A DNA stretch of 55,368 nucleotides, filler included, from Catajapyx aquilonaris (taxonomy: Eukaryota): NCBI GenBank assembly GCA_000934665.2. It is 4 parts of 4 records of this genome, joined end to end, with 100 filler letters (N's around TTAATTAATTAA, not from the genome) between each part and the next. Parts side by side here need not be neighbours in the genome. Positions count along the whole stretch, not along the records: positions 13,868 to 27,641 come from JYFJ02007995.1; positions 27,742 to 41,506 come from JYFJ02007996.1; 2 more parts are not named here. One strand, given 5' to 3'. Positions 21,865 to 33,822 of this stretch are shown piece after piece. The notes beneath the pieces were generated by a model, which was not told the DNA's origin, ran no database searches, and saw only the letters and a list, made by a program, of their open reading frames with translations. The translations under genes were made by a program, and so were the position numbers. The first letter of the stretch is position 1, and every line of letters starts with the position of its first letter.

Positions 21865-22596
21865 AGACAATGTCACGTTGCCCCTGATTGGCAGCTGGAG
21901 AAAATGACGTGCTGCTCAAAACAGCTAAGGTCACCAAAAAGACTCCGTTCCCAGAAGAGCCCTCCACTCCTTTCCCCCACTCCGACTAAAGGATAGAATG
22001 TCCCGGAGGGGAAGAAAAGCAAGCGGTGTTGAAAATTGAAGCGTAACAAATTGCAAAGTTGAAAAGTAAAACTTGTTGGCTCTAGGGTGAGGCAAACCAG
22101 CTCAAGGCTATTATTAACCATGTTAAAATATTCTACAATGAAACACACTCATTTTTGTAGTTGTCACATGTACAGAATGACCACTTATTCAACACTTATC
22201 CTTAATTATGAGTTTACCCAAAAATGGCTGACACAACACACGTGTCGCAATGTCTCTTTACAATTCACAAGATCTCATCAGTATTTATAAAATGTGCACC
22301 ACAAGGAAGGCAAAGTCTCTTCCTTCCCTTTCTGAATCACTGCTGACTGGTTGCAGTTCAAAAAAAAAACTCCATGTGAGCCTTCCTTCCCAATATTATA
22401 CAAGCTCACTCAGAGAAAAAATGATTTCCGCCATTTCAAAAGTTCTGGCCCAAATGTCAGCCCATGACACTTGTATTGCAGATAACCTTTTAAATTTCTA
22501 GCATAGTTACATTTTCAAATATTGTTTAAATTTTTATGTACTGATATGTTGTGAACTTTGAATTGAGAAATGCAAGTTTCATTTTTTTTTTAAATG

Positions 22597-23031
22597 CAGG
22601 GTGAAGGGAAACTCGCGCCCAAGCACCAGGTAGACTGATAGTACTTGCAAAACTAATATAGGGATGTGCAATTAGTTTGGGCGCCGTTGCATAGTTAACG
22701 GTTCCGTCAAAGATTCGTGATGTCACATCCGTTCTGCCAGCTTCAAATAAGCAAAGGTCAGCTCGAGGGCCTCCGAATAATCCAGCCTTACCCCCTAACA
22801 CATCATCCATGTGCAATAGGCGATCAAATCCCGTCAGAGTAAGAATGCGGGTGCGACACCCGTGCACTTGTTGTTTTTACCTCATATTTTAACATCTGGC
22901 CCTGTACACTTTAAGAGCGCCATATGCATTAACTACGCAACAGAGCCAAAAACTGATTGCACATCCCTATATTAGTTTTGCGAGTACTTTCAGTCTACCT
23001 GGCGACAGGGCGCGAGTTTTGCTTCACCCTG
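22597..23031. mobile_element. Tc1/mariner-type MITE with ~80-bp TIRs
   Basis: cagggtgaagggaaactcgcgccc..aaaactaatatagggatgtgcaat is mirrored at 22950-23031; TA on the right flank. Confidence 0.85.
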
Positions 23032-23488
23032 TATACTGACTTTTTGTTTGCTTAATTCAGTGCCGAGTGCAGGTGAAAATGTTACATAATTTTTTTTTCT
23101 TTGCTTATGCACAAGTGCAGCAAAATAGTGATGTTTTTGTGATTAAGATTTACATGCTATTGGAAAGGTGTACTTATTCAGAAATACCAAAATAGAAATG
23201 CTTAAAATTTTTTAAATAATTGCTGACGAAGGTCAAGAAATTATGATCTAAAAACAGTGAGAAAGAATGTATTCTAGAATTTGTTTATTTTTTCAAACTT
23301 GTAAACTGATAAGTTAATCATTACGAGACCCGAACATTATTAACATTTCATAGGATAACTCTGATAACTTCAACAGGTAGGCTATAGGATTCTTCGCAGT
23401 GGCCACTTCCACTATAGTTTCTGTCCTCGATCCGTACTCTTCCAACTTGGTCTGCTAGTACTGGCTTCTCTTCTGAATCCACACCATA

Positions 23489-23503
23489 GTAATAATAATA
23501 ATG

Positions 23504-23550
<47 letters not shown>

Positions 23551-23823
23551 TCATACCCCGCTATCAGCCAGCGGCTCTTTAGGGGGCAAATTTTTTGTTT
23601 TGACTGGAACTCTTTGCTTTCATTTTATTTGCTTTTTGGGATAGGATAGGGACGGAAGGAAGCGGCTGTGGCCTGTTTTTACGGAAACGACCCCGGAATT
23701 ATCCTGGGAGGACCGTGGAAAACCACAGAAAACCACGGTCAGGGTCGCCGGCCCCGGGATTCGAACCCAGGACCTCCCGATTAGCAGGCGGACTCCAAAT
23801 CCACTACACCAACCTGCTTCGGT
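23489..23823 (-). mobile_element. SINE family B (short form) with (ATT)n microsatellite tail
   Basis: tRNA-like head; 13-bp TSD aatccacaccata. The (AAT)~20 run at 23490-23551 lies inside the TSD. Confidence 0.9.
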
Positions 23824-24080
23824 AATCCACACCATACTTAAATTCCTAATAAAATCACCTTGTCTGGGGGCCCTAACCCAAAGAGCTTATAATTGCATCT
23901 TATAGTTGCACAACTATAAGCTCTTTGCCCTAACCCCAATAAGGTATAGGGCCTACATACCGTAAATCAATGAACTATAATGAAGGTCTTCAAGTAAAAA
24001 ATTTAACAAAAACTGTCTAGATAACACTGTGTATTGTAAAGCAATGAAACTCTGTAATGCTAATTAATAACCTATTAATA

Positions 24081-24368
24081 CCGAAGCAGTTTGGAGGAGG
24101 GGATATGGTGTCCGACTGCTAATTGGGAGGTTCTGGGATCAAATCCCGGGGTCGGCAACTCTGACAGTGGTTTTCTGTGGTTTCCCACGGTCCTTCCAGG
24201 AAAGTTCCGGAGTTGTTTCCGTAATTAATAGGCCACAGCCACTTCCTTCCGTCCCTAACCTATCCCATAAAGTACAGTAAAATGAAAAAGCAAAGAGTTC
24301 CAGGCAAAACAAACTTCCCCCCTAAAGAGCCGATGCCTGATAACGGGGTATGAATTATTATTATTATT
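24081..24368 (+). mobile_element. SINE family B (short form)
   Basis: Inverted copy of 23489-23823; 14-bp TSD ataacctattaata. Confidence 0.9.
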
Positions 24369-24980
24369 ATAACCTATTAATAAGTTGGTCAAAACATGGA
24401 GATATTCATGTCACACTGAAATCAGGAAAAAAATTAATTATTGAACAATATCACGAACAATGTGGTTTTAAAAAAATCACTCAAAATAAGTACGGTAGGC
24501 CTACATTTTTGTAAATAGGCAAAAATAGGCAAAATAGGCAAAATAGACAAAAATGTCGGTTGGCGATTTCTTGGGGTTAAACCATGAGCTGTGGCATGAG
24601 CTATTTTTTCATGTTTACTGAAACCAGTAATTATAGTGTTCCTATTGCAAGATATCATATTTCTATCTATCTTGGCGAGGTCCACGAGAGGTCACACATG
24701 CACCAAACCACACAGGGCACTGAAACCATTAAAACGTGGCAGAGATTGCCCCCTGGACCTGCCCTATGCCGTCCCTAATCCCTCGAAACTGCATGCATCT
24801 CGGGATCTAACTTGGCCCATGGGCAACCCCGATCAGCCCTTCCTGCACCCCGCACTTGGAGAAGCACATGGACAAACGAGTAGGTAGCCAATCGGCCAAT
24901 CGACAATCGTTAGGAAAAGGCACACCCTCAACTGGCCAATAGAGCGTCTGTGTGAACAACTTGGCAACACTGCCTCATAA

Positions 24981-25319
24981 GGGCCGTTTACACTAGGAAA
25001 CTTGTCAAATAACTAGTTGCGCAACTAGTTTTGTCCAACCTGAAAATACATGGGACAGATAGGAAGTTTTGCCCTGACCTGAAAATGCTCCAACTTGTCA
25101 TCCAACCAACTTTTTGGTTGTGGGTGGAGCCATAAAGTTTAGCTCTAGGGAGCATACTAGTTGTTCAACCTGGGAGGGGGAATAGGGAATCCGACGGAAT
25201 CCATCTTGAAAGTTCAAGGTTGGGTTGGTGGGAGGGGCGAGAAGCTGGTCACGTGGGGGGTTTTATTGCAACTAGTTGTACAACTAGTTATTTGACAAGT
25301 TTCCTAGTGTAAACGGCCC
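24981..25319. mobile_element. PIF/Harbinger-type MITE
   Basis: Perfect ~40-bp TIR gggccgtttacactaggaaacttgtcaaataactagttg; flanks taa/tat. Confidence 0.85.
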
Positions 25320-25949
25320 TATACCATCTTCAGAAGTTGCTCGACATTCTCTCCCGGGAAGCTTTTTAGTTTTTACACAGCACGTGTACACAGTGACAGT
25401 GTAAAACACAGGTAAAACACGACTTTACTCAACTACTGAATCACGTACTGAACTTTTAAGATTCGTGCCCGTAATAACCTTATTATAACATTGCAGGGCA
25501 CATTCCTGTTGGGACGTCTGTGCCAACACTGGTACGGAACATACGTTGGTGTAAGATTACATTTGGGCTTCAGTATGTGTTGCAGTAGGCAGAAAGCTGC
25601 GCTATCCACTGGAAGATGTAGTTTGCCAACTCAAGGTATGTTTTCCAGTTCCTCTCACAAGTTATCATGGCACAAGCCAATGGGGTGCAAAAAGCATGGC
25701 AAGAAGGTGTTTCTCGCAAACTTGTGAACCCATTTTCGTGGTCGATATCCAACTTGGAGAGAACTGGCTGTTGCGAGTGAATCTCTGGGTTGCAAAAAAA
25801 GATCATGTTTATTGTTATTGTCAACCTGGATTTTCTGATGTGCTGTTGAGCAGTAGGGTTCTCTCCATGCACAAGTGAGTTCCATCATTATTTACTAAGA
25901 ATTAATTAAGACAGGAATAAAACATGACCCTAAGGAACCACATGCCTAT

Positions 25950-25959
25950 TATGTTGTTG

Positions 25960-26018
<59 letters not shown>
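25950..26018. repeat. (TTG)n(TTA)n microsatellite
   Basis: Read directly from the sequence. Confidence 0.95.
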
Positions 26019-26020
<2 letters not shown>

Positions 26021-26287
26021 AGGAAGTCCCTGGTTTATGAACGACCCGACTTACGCCAATCCGTACTTATGAACGGGCTCCCAAGGCTCCCCATAAGGAA
26101 AATTTATAATTATCCCTGCACTTTCTATCACTTCTGTATACTTTGACAGACACCTAGTTCAACATAAATACTACATAATTCATAAATATAATTGGGGACC
26201 TGCATTCTTCCACGCATGTAAACAAACATACATGATGTAAGTGGTTCGTTGGAGCAGTATTTTTACGTTGTGTATATATGAGCTGCT

Positions 26288-26500
26288 GGGGGAGGTGTGG
26301 TGGCCGAGATGGTAACGTCTCGGCTTGCTGAGTGAAAGGCCCCAGGTTCAATCCCCGCCTGGGGAACTTTCTCCTAATCTCCTGGGGAACAGCACATGGC
26401 CCATAGCTATGACATTGCACCTTGCACCCATGTTCCCTCCCCAAAAATCCCTATCCTTTCCCATTGTCCCTGTTTCCTCACACCGGAGAATGGAGTGAAA
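26288..26500 (+). mobile_element. SINE family C, interrupted at its 3' end by a MITE
   Basis: Same head as 15922-16279. Confidence 0.8.
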
Positions 26501-26507
26501 ATATACA

Positions 26508-26711
26508 CAGGGTGGTCCAAGTTCAAGTGTCGTTTTATAACAGCGATTAACAGTGATTTTGCGATGACGTAGCAGCGACGCGTAAAATGTCCCACTTCGG
26601 CGCATCTTCTGCGCAATCGAAGTGGGCAGTTTTACACATCGCTGCTACGTCATCGTTAAGCGCTTCTATTAATCGCCGTTATAAAACGACACTTGAACTT
26701 GGACCACCCTG
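26508..26711. mobile_element. Fully palindromic Tc1/mariner-type MITE
   Basis: cagggtggtccaagttcaagtgtcgttttataac is mirrored perfectly; complementarity continues to the centre (~26610). Confidence 0.9.
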
Positions 26712-27075
26712 TGTGTATATATATATGAAGGGGTCGGTGCAATACTGCCCTAACCCACCAAATGACACAAATTGAGTTTCGCGCACTTCCATATACTACA
26801 CTCACATATCTAATAAAGTACACTGAGATTGTCCAATTTCTGCCATTTGTCGGTGAGAAATAAAACAATGTTTTTATTGCTCCAAGGTTATGAAAGCCTT
26901 TTCTGCAGCAAAACCGCCCTAACCCTCCGTCTTCAAATATTGCAGCGCGCAGGATGCAGCTGCGAGCAGCTGTGTCTCACGAGTTGGGCTTAAATAGCGA
27001 GCTTTTGCCTGATGACCTAAGATTCAGAGTTCGATCCTGATAATGATGATGTGCAAAGTAGTAGTCTATTGCAGC

Positions 27076-27110
<35 letters not shown>

Positions 27111-27641
27111 CGTAGTTGGGTCATTCCATGTCTAGACAGACAACTTGGTGGCTCGACCATCTCATAATTTGATATAGAAATCATTGAGGTGTTGCCTAAA
27201 ATAAAGTTAAGAGCCTCCCAGGTGAAAATCCCACGGAGATATGGCAACGTCTTTCAGCAACAATGGAGCCGGAAGGACCATTTATTTCAGGTGAAGTTAT
27301 TGTTGTACCCTCTTGTTCATATTATATCAAATGAACTGTTGTGAGATGAGGAACATTATTTTTGTGGCAACGTGTTTAACCTAGATTGTAAAATTAAAAT
27401 GCTAAAAAAATCGTGTTATTGTGCAAAACATTTCATTTCAAAAACATTTCATATGGTCCAATGTCATTGTTAAATACATGCTAAGCGTGTGGAATTAATA
27501 TGGTAGGTACATTGTCATCTGATCATCAGTAGTCATTACTACTACAGGACAACATCAAGGTTAAGCAGACTTGGAGATAATAAATCTGAAATGTCGGAAA
27601 AAGCCCTCTATAGGCTACTCCACGTTATTTGATGTTGCGAG

Positions 27642-27741
27642 NNNNNNNNNNNNNNNNNNNNNNNNNNNNNNNNNNNNNNNNNNNNTTAATTAATTAANNN
27701 NNNNNNNNNNNNNNNNNNNNNNNNNNNNNNNNNNNNNNNNN
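27642..27741. other. Artificial contig-joining spacer
   Basis: N44-TTAATTAATTAA-N44. Confidence 0.97.
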
Positions 27742-27891
27742 TGTTTTGACTTTGACAGTCTTTGTGACTGCGCCGAAGATATCTGCACCGAGGTTTCCGA
27801 GTTCCGCTGTGCGCACTGTAAGAAATGCTTCTGCTTCCATCACTGTTTGTTGGAAAAGGTGCATGATGCAGCGAACTGTGGGACCTATTAA
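27742..27891 (+). mobile_element. Cys/His-rich C-terminus of a Tc4/Tc5-like transposase
   Basis: CFDFDSLCDCAEDICTEVSEFRCAHCKKCFCFHHCLLEKVH..* is open from the segment start and is followed by subterminal tandem repeats. Confidence 0.5.
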
Positions 27892-28110
27892 GTTGGGTAA
27901 CTGACAGTTTTGGTATAATAATAAATTACCAACTTTGTCCACATAAATTTATGTTTAAAACAGCTCACAGTCAAACAAAGTAGAGTGCTTGCTGTTAGGC
28001 TGCACGGAGAGGGCATTTGGGTTCACCTTTTCATATATGCGATTGCAAGTGTCAGTTTGGGCGGCAGACCCAATCGTACGCCCGGACTTTCGACGCAATC
28101 TCTGGGGCTA

Positions 28111-28468
28111 CTGGGAATTTTATAGCGGTTTTTACTATGCCAGAGTGATCCTGAAGCTAGTCTTAATCATTCCTGAAAGTTTCAGCAAAAAGTAGCTATC
28201 CACAATTATTAGGTTTGGAGTTAATTTCTGAGGATTCTGGGAATTTTACAGAGGTTTGGACTATGCCAGAGTGATCCTGAAGCTAGTCTTAATCATTCCT
28301 GAAAGTTTCAGCAAAAAGTAGCGTCCCACAATTATTAGGTTTGGAGTTAATTTCTGAGGATTCTGGGAATTTTACAGAGGTTTGGACTATGCCAGAGTGA
28401 TCCTGAAGCTAATCGTAATCATTCCTGAAAGTGTCAGCAAAAAGTAGATCCCCACACCTAGGAGGTTT
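28111..28468. repeat. 126-bp tandem repeat, about 2.8 copies
   Basis: ctgggaatttta..gccagagtgatcctgaagcta..cctgaaagtttcagcaaaaagtag starts at 28111, 28237 and 28363. Confidence 0.95.
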
Positions 28469-29303
28469 GCTTGTCAGGACAAAACTATACAAGCGGTTGG
28501 GGAGGGAAAAATATTATAATAAGTTAGTCCACATTATATGAGGGAAATAATGTTAATTTTTTATTGAGGCTACATAACAACAATTAATTTGTAAGGAACT
28601 GCTCCCATACTTTACCTGCAGAGCTAAGCCATACACTGACTTGTGAGTCTCATCCTTGTTCATGTTTCCTGTAAAAAAAAGTCTTAGCATGGTACTGCGT
28701 GCTTCACACCAAACTGTCATGAAATGAACTAAACCTTGAGTAGCTGACATCTACACATTGTGAGAAACATACTATAAAGTTCAGCCAAAGAGTGACTATG
28801 CTATTACAGAGCAAATAGTTATTTCTCAGTCACTTTACGACATACAACATTTATTAACAGTTTTAATTTTACAGTTGGTCCCATATCAACGCAAATGAAG
28901 TGAACAGCATAATACTGTAATATGGGACAATACATTACATAATTTGATACGACAAATAGAATACCAGTACTTATAAATAGCATACAATGAATACGAGTGA
29001 TTTTTTGGTAGGACTTATTCTTGGCAAAAAACAAGACTACTCTATTACTTTTGAGTCCAGTATAATAATGTGTCGCGAGTGTGAGGAAAATCACTTACTC
29101 CCGGACGTTATTAAAACTTATAGCGTTGCTATTGACCACCCTTCTTCCACATGGAAAGTGCTGACACATTTTTCATTCCTTTCTAATGCTAAGCAATGCT
29201 AGCTAGATGTAATACAGTGCAATTAGGAAAAGGATAACTCTTGCCTTCAGAGCAGATACACCTGTGTGAACCCCACCAACATTGTTAAGCGGTCACAGGA
29301 TGG

Positions 29304-30604
29304 CAGTGCTTCTTAAACTGGTACTGTGCACTGTTCCCCCAAGGATGAATGAAATTATTTTGGGAGGAATGAAACTAGAGGGGGTGAATGAAGGGTGAAT
29401 GCCATAATTTACTGTTATTTATGCTTTTCTTTATGTAAAAAGTCATGCCCATTAAATTGATAAGTAAGACAATTTCTCACATTTCTCACATTTGGAAAGC
29501 TTTCTCAAAGAGTGAGATGAAAACAACCTGATGTGTATAGGAAACACTTCTTAAGGATCTCATTTCCAATCATCAACAATATTACTGTTGATGTCTAGAA
29601 ACATACTCTATGTTCCCCAAAAACATCTGCAGGACTTGGAAAATCAGATTTGAATAGTTAATCCTTTTATCACCAGCCATATCAAGCGAGCAGATGTTGG
29701 GGAAATGTCAGAAATATAGATGAAGCTTCATATTGTGACTTCACGCAACAAACATATTTTGAAATGTTTTGAAAAACTTTTGAACTCTGGACTATGGACA
29801 CTATTGGGTTCGATTACTTGCTTTTCCTGCATACAAATCAATCGTCTTTAAGGCCCTTCAATCACCAGTAATGATGACAACAACCTTCCTGTCCCAACAA
29901 GGATTTTCGACCTTGACAGAATCATTTGAAACCAAAAAACTTAATTCACTCCATTGAGTTTATTCCGTAATGCAAGTACTGTACCTTTGGAAATAGAAAT
30001 TGAACCGCGGTTTAAAAAAATTTTCTTAAAATTTTCGTCACTCCTTGTTTTTTGATATATTTACAGGGTGTTCAAAAACTTGAATGAAATAAGCCCTTAA
30101 GAACCGAGTTATGTTTTTTTATGTGAAAAAATCAATTATTATGTGTAAAATTATACACAGGGGTAATAAGAAGCAAACTATCAAAAACCTACGGTATATG
30201 GTTTAGTAATGGGTGAATATAAGGGAGGCGGAGTGGTGCTGCGGTAACGTATGCGCCCACGGATGTTAAGGTCCCGGGTTCGATCCCTACTCGGGGACAC
30301 CCCCTTAATCTCGTGCAGAGTTCAGGGTGGTATTTCCAACAGACTAAACCACCCGGGGGAGTTCACTAAAAATGGCCACATTAGGACATTGCACTGCACC
30401 TTGCACATCCCCTCCTGTCATCCTGCCCGTACCCGGGCGCTACGTAAAAAGGCTCAAATGTACTTGATATAATATAATAAAGGTCCGTGCTGCATACCTC
30501 AGATGAGGTCAAGCACTACCCCGGATTATTATAATTTTTTTTAAAGTAATGGGTGAATAAAATTTTGTGACAGACTCCAGGCTCAATGAGTTTAAGAAGC
30601 ACTG
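29304..30604 (+). mobile_element. Degenerate hAT (Buster/Charlie-like) element
   Basis: Perfect 16-bp TIR cagtgcttcttaaact and a remnant TTFLSQQGFSTL dimerisation motif near 29880; contains a SINE. Confidence 0.75.
30220..30544 (+). mobile_element. SINE family A inside the hAT element
   Basis: Same head as 15565; 15-bp TSD agtaatgggtgaata. Confidence 0.9.
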
Positions 30605-31211
30605 CAGTAGAACACAACAACAGAGTACCGTAAGATCCAACTCACCGTCATCTAAAGCTTAAACATTAGAATGCTCATTAAAAAAACATCTAGATACACT
30701 TACATAATGATTGTATGAGACTTTGGGGACACCTGCATTCCATTGTTTGGCCCATCTATGCCTTGAATCAGATTTTTTGTACCTTTCTCAGCTGCCTCCA
30801 AAGAACTAACTGTAAGTAGGTTTATGTTTCAGCCCATACGTGTAGTATATTTGTAAAGTGCATTGATATTGTCCATAATTATACCTTTTAGTCATGTTTT
30901 CAACTCATTATGCCCGCAATTTCACTCGAAAATAAATAGTGAGATTTAAAATTCATATATTTCTGCGTAACATAATTTTGCTCACATATCACAATATCAA
31001 TGAACCGAACCTCCCATATTTTAAGATCACCACACGTCATGTACTGTATTGTACACAAAAGATAAAATGAACTTCGGCTACACACAAAACGGAGACACAC
31101 TTTCGACACAGATATAATTATGTCATGTGACATACACAAACGTTTTAGCCAATCTCGTCAACTAGTTTTGTCTAAAATGACACAAAACTGTGAACGATGG
31201 ACATGACACTT

Positions 31212-32600
31212 GAGGAGCTTCCAAGCAAAACCAGCTAACTCCAAGCCATGAAATACGTTTGTATCAATAAAAAGCAGCTAACTCCCAAGTTTGTGTGCAT
31301 AATTTTTCCATAATGCTAAATGCGTTAAATTTAGTTTTTTCCGTATCTATATGAAACATATAGCCTACATGTGACTGTCTCAGGAGTGGTGGAATAGGCA
31401 TTTTAACATTCTCCATATTATTGTTAAAAAATAATTTCTGTGGAAAAAAAATCTATTTTTTTTTCAAGCAAAACCAGCTAACTCCACACCGACCTCCAAA
31501 TTCGTGGCTAAACTACCAATCCACGATTTTCAAACCTTACGTTAAAAATGCATCAGTTCTCATGACTCCCCCTATCAGCTACGAGGGGTGTTATATAAGT
31601 TCGTGGTTTCGCCTAGAAGGAGAAGCAAATGCGGAAGCTAAACATCGCCATTAAATCGAGCCACCCTTCAAACCCCTATATCCACCCAATTGACATAGGT
31701 GTCAAAGTCCTTGGGTTCAGAAATAATTCGGATGTGAAAGGGTACGCAGCATTTTGTGAAGATGGCGAACATCGCACATCTCGCGGTCATCCAGTACCTG
31801 GTGGCAATGGGAATGGGTGCCAAGGACATCTTTGAGGACATGAAGGATACATTGGCTGGCGATGCCCCATCCTACAGCATGATTCAGAAGTGGATTGCCC
31901 TCTCCAAACACGGCCGAGACAGCCTAGAAGACGACCCCCGCTCCGGAAGACCCGTGTGTTCCACCACTGAAGAAAATGTGGCCAAAGTGGAGGAACTAGT
32001 GATGGGAGACCGAAGACTGACTATCAGGTACCTTGCTGAGGTGGTGGGCATCTCAGCATTTTCCATCCACACCATACTACATGACCACCTGCGCCTGTGG
32101 CAGGTGTCAACACGATGGGTACCCCGAATGTTGTCGCCAGAACAGAAGGCGGCGCGTCGGGAGATTTCACAATATTAAATTTGGACCCGCTGAATGCTGA
32201 TGCAGAAGGATTTTACGCTCCTCTGGTCACACAGGATGAAACCTGGGTACCTCTACCTGTTCCCGAACATGAAGAAACACCTGCGGGGTCGACTCCATGG
32301 GAGTGACGAAGAGGTCAAGGCAGCTGTGGAGGACGTCTTGGGGGGGTGAGATTCTTCCTTCTACCAGAGCGGTTTGGAGAAAAGTTGCCACGAAGATGGA
32401 CAAAGTGTATTGACCGGTGTGGGTACTATGTTGAGAAATAAAATTGTTTCTTTGTCATGTCTCGCGTATGTCTACTTGAAACCACGAACTTATATAACAC
32501 CCCTCGTACTTTCAGTTTGAAACCGTTTCCAAATGACAGGTGTTTCTCCTGTATACAGTTTCTTATTATGGAGTTAGCTGCTTTTGCTTGGGAGCTCCTC
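31212..32600. mobile_element. Non-autonomous Sola2-like element hosting a mariner
   Basis: ~31-bp TIR gaggagcttccaagcaaaaccagctaactcc / ggagttagctgcttttgcttgggagctcctc, GAG..CTC termini, 4-bp TSD ACTT. Confidence 0.7.
31582..32506 (+). mobile_element. Mariner element with internal deletion
   Basis: Perfect 29-bp TIR cgaggggtgttatataagttcgtggtttc with TA TSD. ORF 31762-32178 has the HTH, DDPRSGRP and RWVPRML motifs. TQDETWV is followed almost directly by the C-terminal KCID..GYYVEK. Confidence 0.95.
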
Positions 32601-33674
32601 ACTTTGTGTATCCTAAACGCCAAAACATGTCACTGTGGAAGGATCGAAGATGACACTATACAGGGTGATCCAAAATATTTGTGCAATTGCTATTGCGATG
32701 TTTTCGCACTAAACTTATTATTAAGCAGTTACTCTTGCATGGCTACCTTTAGTAGTTATCAAATGGGGCATTTTGCCATCGGAAAGAAAGAAAGAGAATC
32801 ATTAAACGTTACCATGCAAGAGTAACTGCTTAATAATAAGCAGCTAAGTTCCAAAAATGCAACAGCAATCCGGCATGTAAGTTATAATGCATCATCATGT
32901 AATACAGTATAATCATCACAGGGCACATATTTATGGTTTTCTGCAACAGAATATGACTTGTGTCCTTAAATTCCTATTCTCCTGTCATATTTTCGCTGTC
33001 ACGTTTTACCGAGCCAATTTTGACAAAAAATTGACAAATCTCCTTGTGCCAAAACTTTTTGTGTATGTGTTAGGCTCAAACCCCGAAAACGACCATACTG
33101 CAGAATGGCCCAATGGCCGTTTTCGGGGTTTGAGCCTAACATATGCAATACAGTACCAAGTATCAAGAAGCGTTATGGTCCCCATGAATTCCCCTAACAT
33201 TAATTTAGGGTGACGAAACAGGAATCTGTTGTCTCCTTCAGTTAAGCATGGAATTTTACCTTGTACGAGAATGCTAGCTAGCAATTTTCTTTCACTGTCT
33301 TTTTTGCAAGTATTTTTGCCATTATTTATATTTACACATCTTAAAGTATTTCAAATGAAACTGGTAGATTAATGACAATTTCTCGGCTTTAACACTATTC
33401 TCACAAATTATTCGGTATAATTTAATGAGTAGAAAATATAAAGTTCCGTAAAGATCTGAAAATACAAAAACCATATGCATCTACCCTATACTTTCAACAA
33501 TGCGATGGTTTCAAAATAGTTTATTGTAAAATTATCTAGAAGTTATACTTACTAAAACGCTGTTCAAAAATATATCAACAACCTCACTTGTCAAGTATTT
33601 GTTCAGAAAATGTGAAGATGAATAATTCTGTTTCCTCAGCTTAATTATCCCAAAATTACCGCTATAGAGGCCTA

Positions 33675-33822
33675 CTCTCTAAAAAAAATAGAGTTAAAAA
33701 AACTCAATAAGAGTTAAATTAACTCCTTTAAACCTTGAACAAAGAGTTATTATAACTCATTTTTGGTAATGACCACTTTCAAGGTTTAAAAGAGTTAATT
33801 TAACTCTTATTTTTTTAGAGAG
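33675..33822. mobile_element. Small CACTA-like MITE with GAGTTA subterminal repeats
   Basis: ctctctaaaaaaaatagagttaaa / tttaactcttatttttttagagag. Confidence 0.6.

Noticed and set aside
23348..23554. Poly-Tyr ORF
   Set aside because: Translation of the (ATT)n SINE tail.
25491..25888. Several overlapping 60-100-aa ORFs
   Set aside because: No frame gives a recognisable protein or consistent splice phases.
28111..28468. Regular repeats as a possible CRISPR array
   Set aside because: Units are contiguous and near-identical with no unique spacers, there are no cas genes, and the context is eukaryotic.
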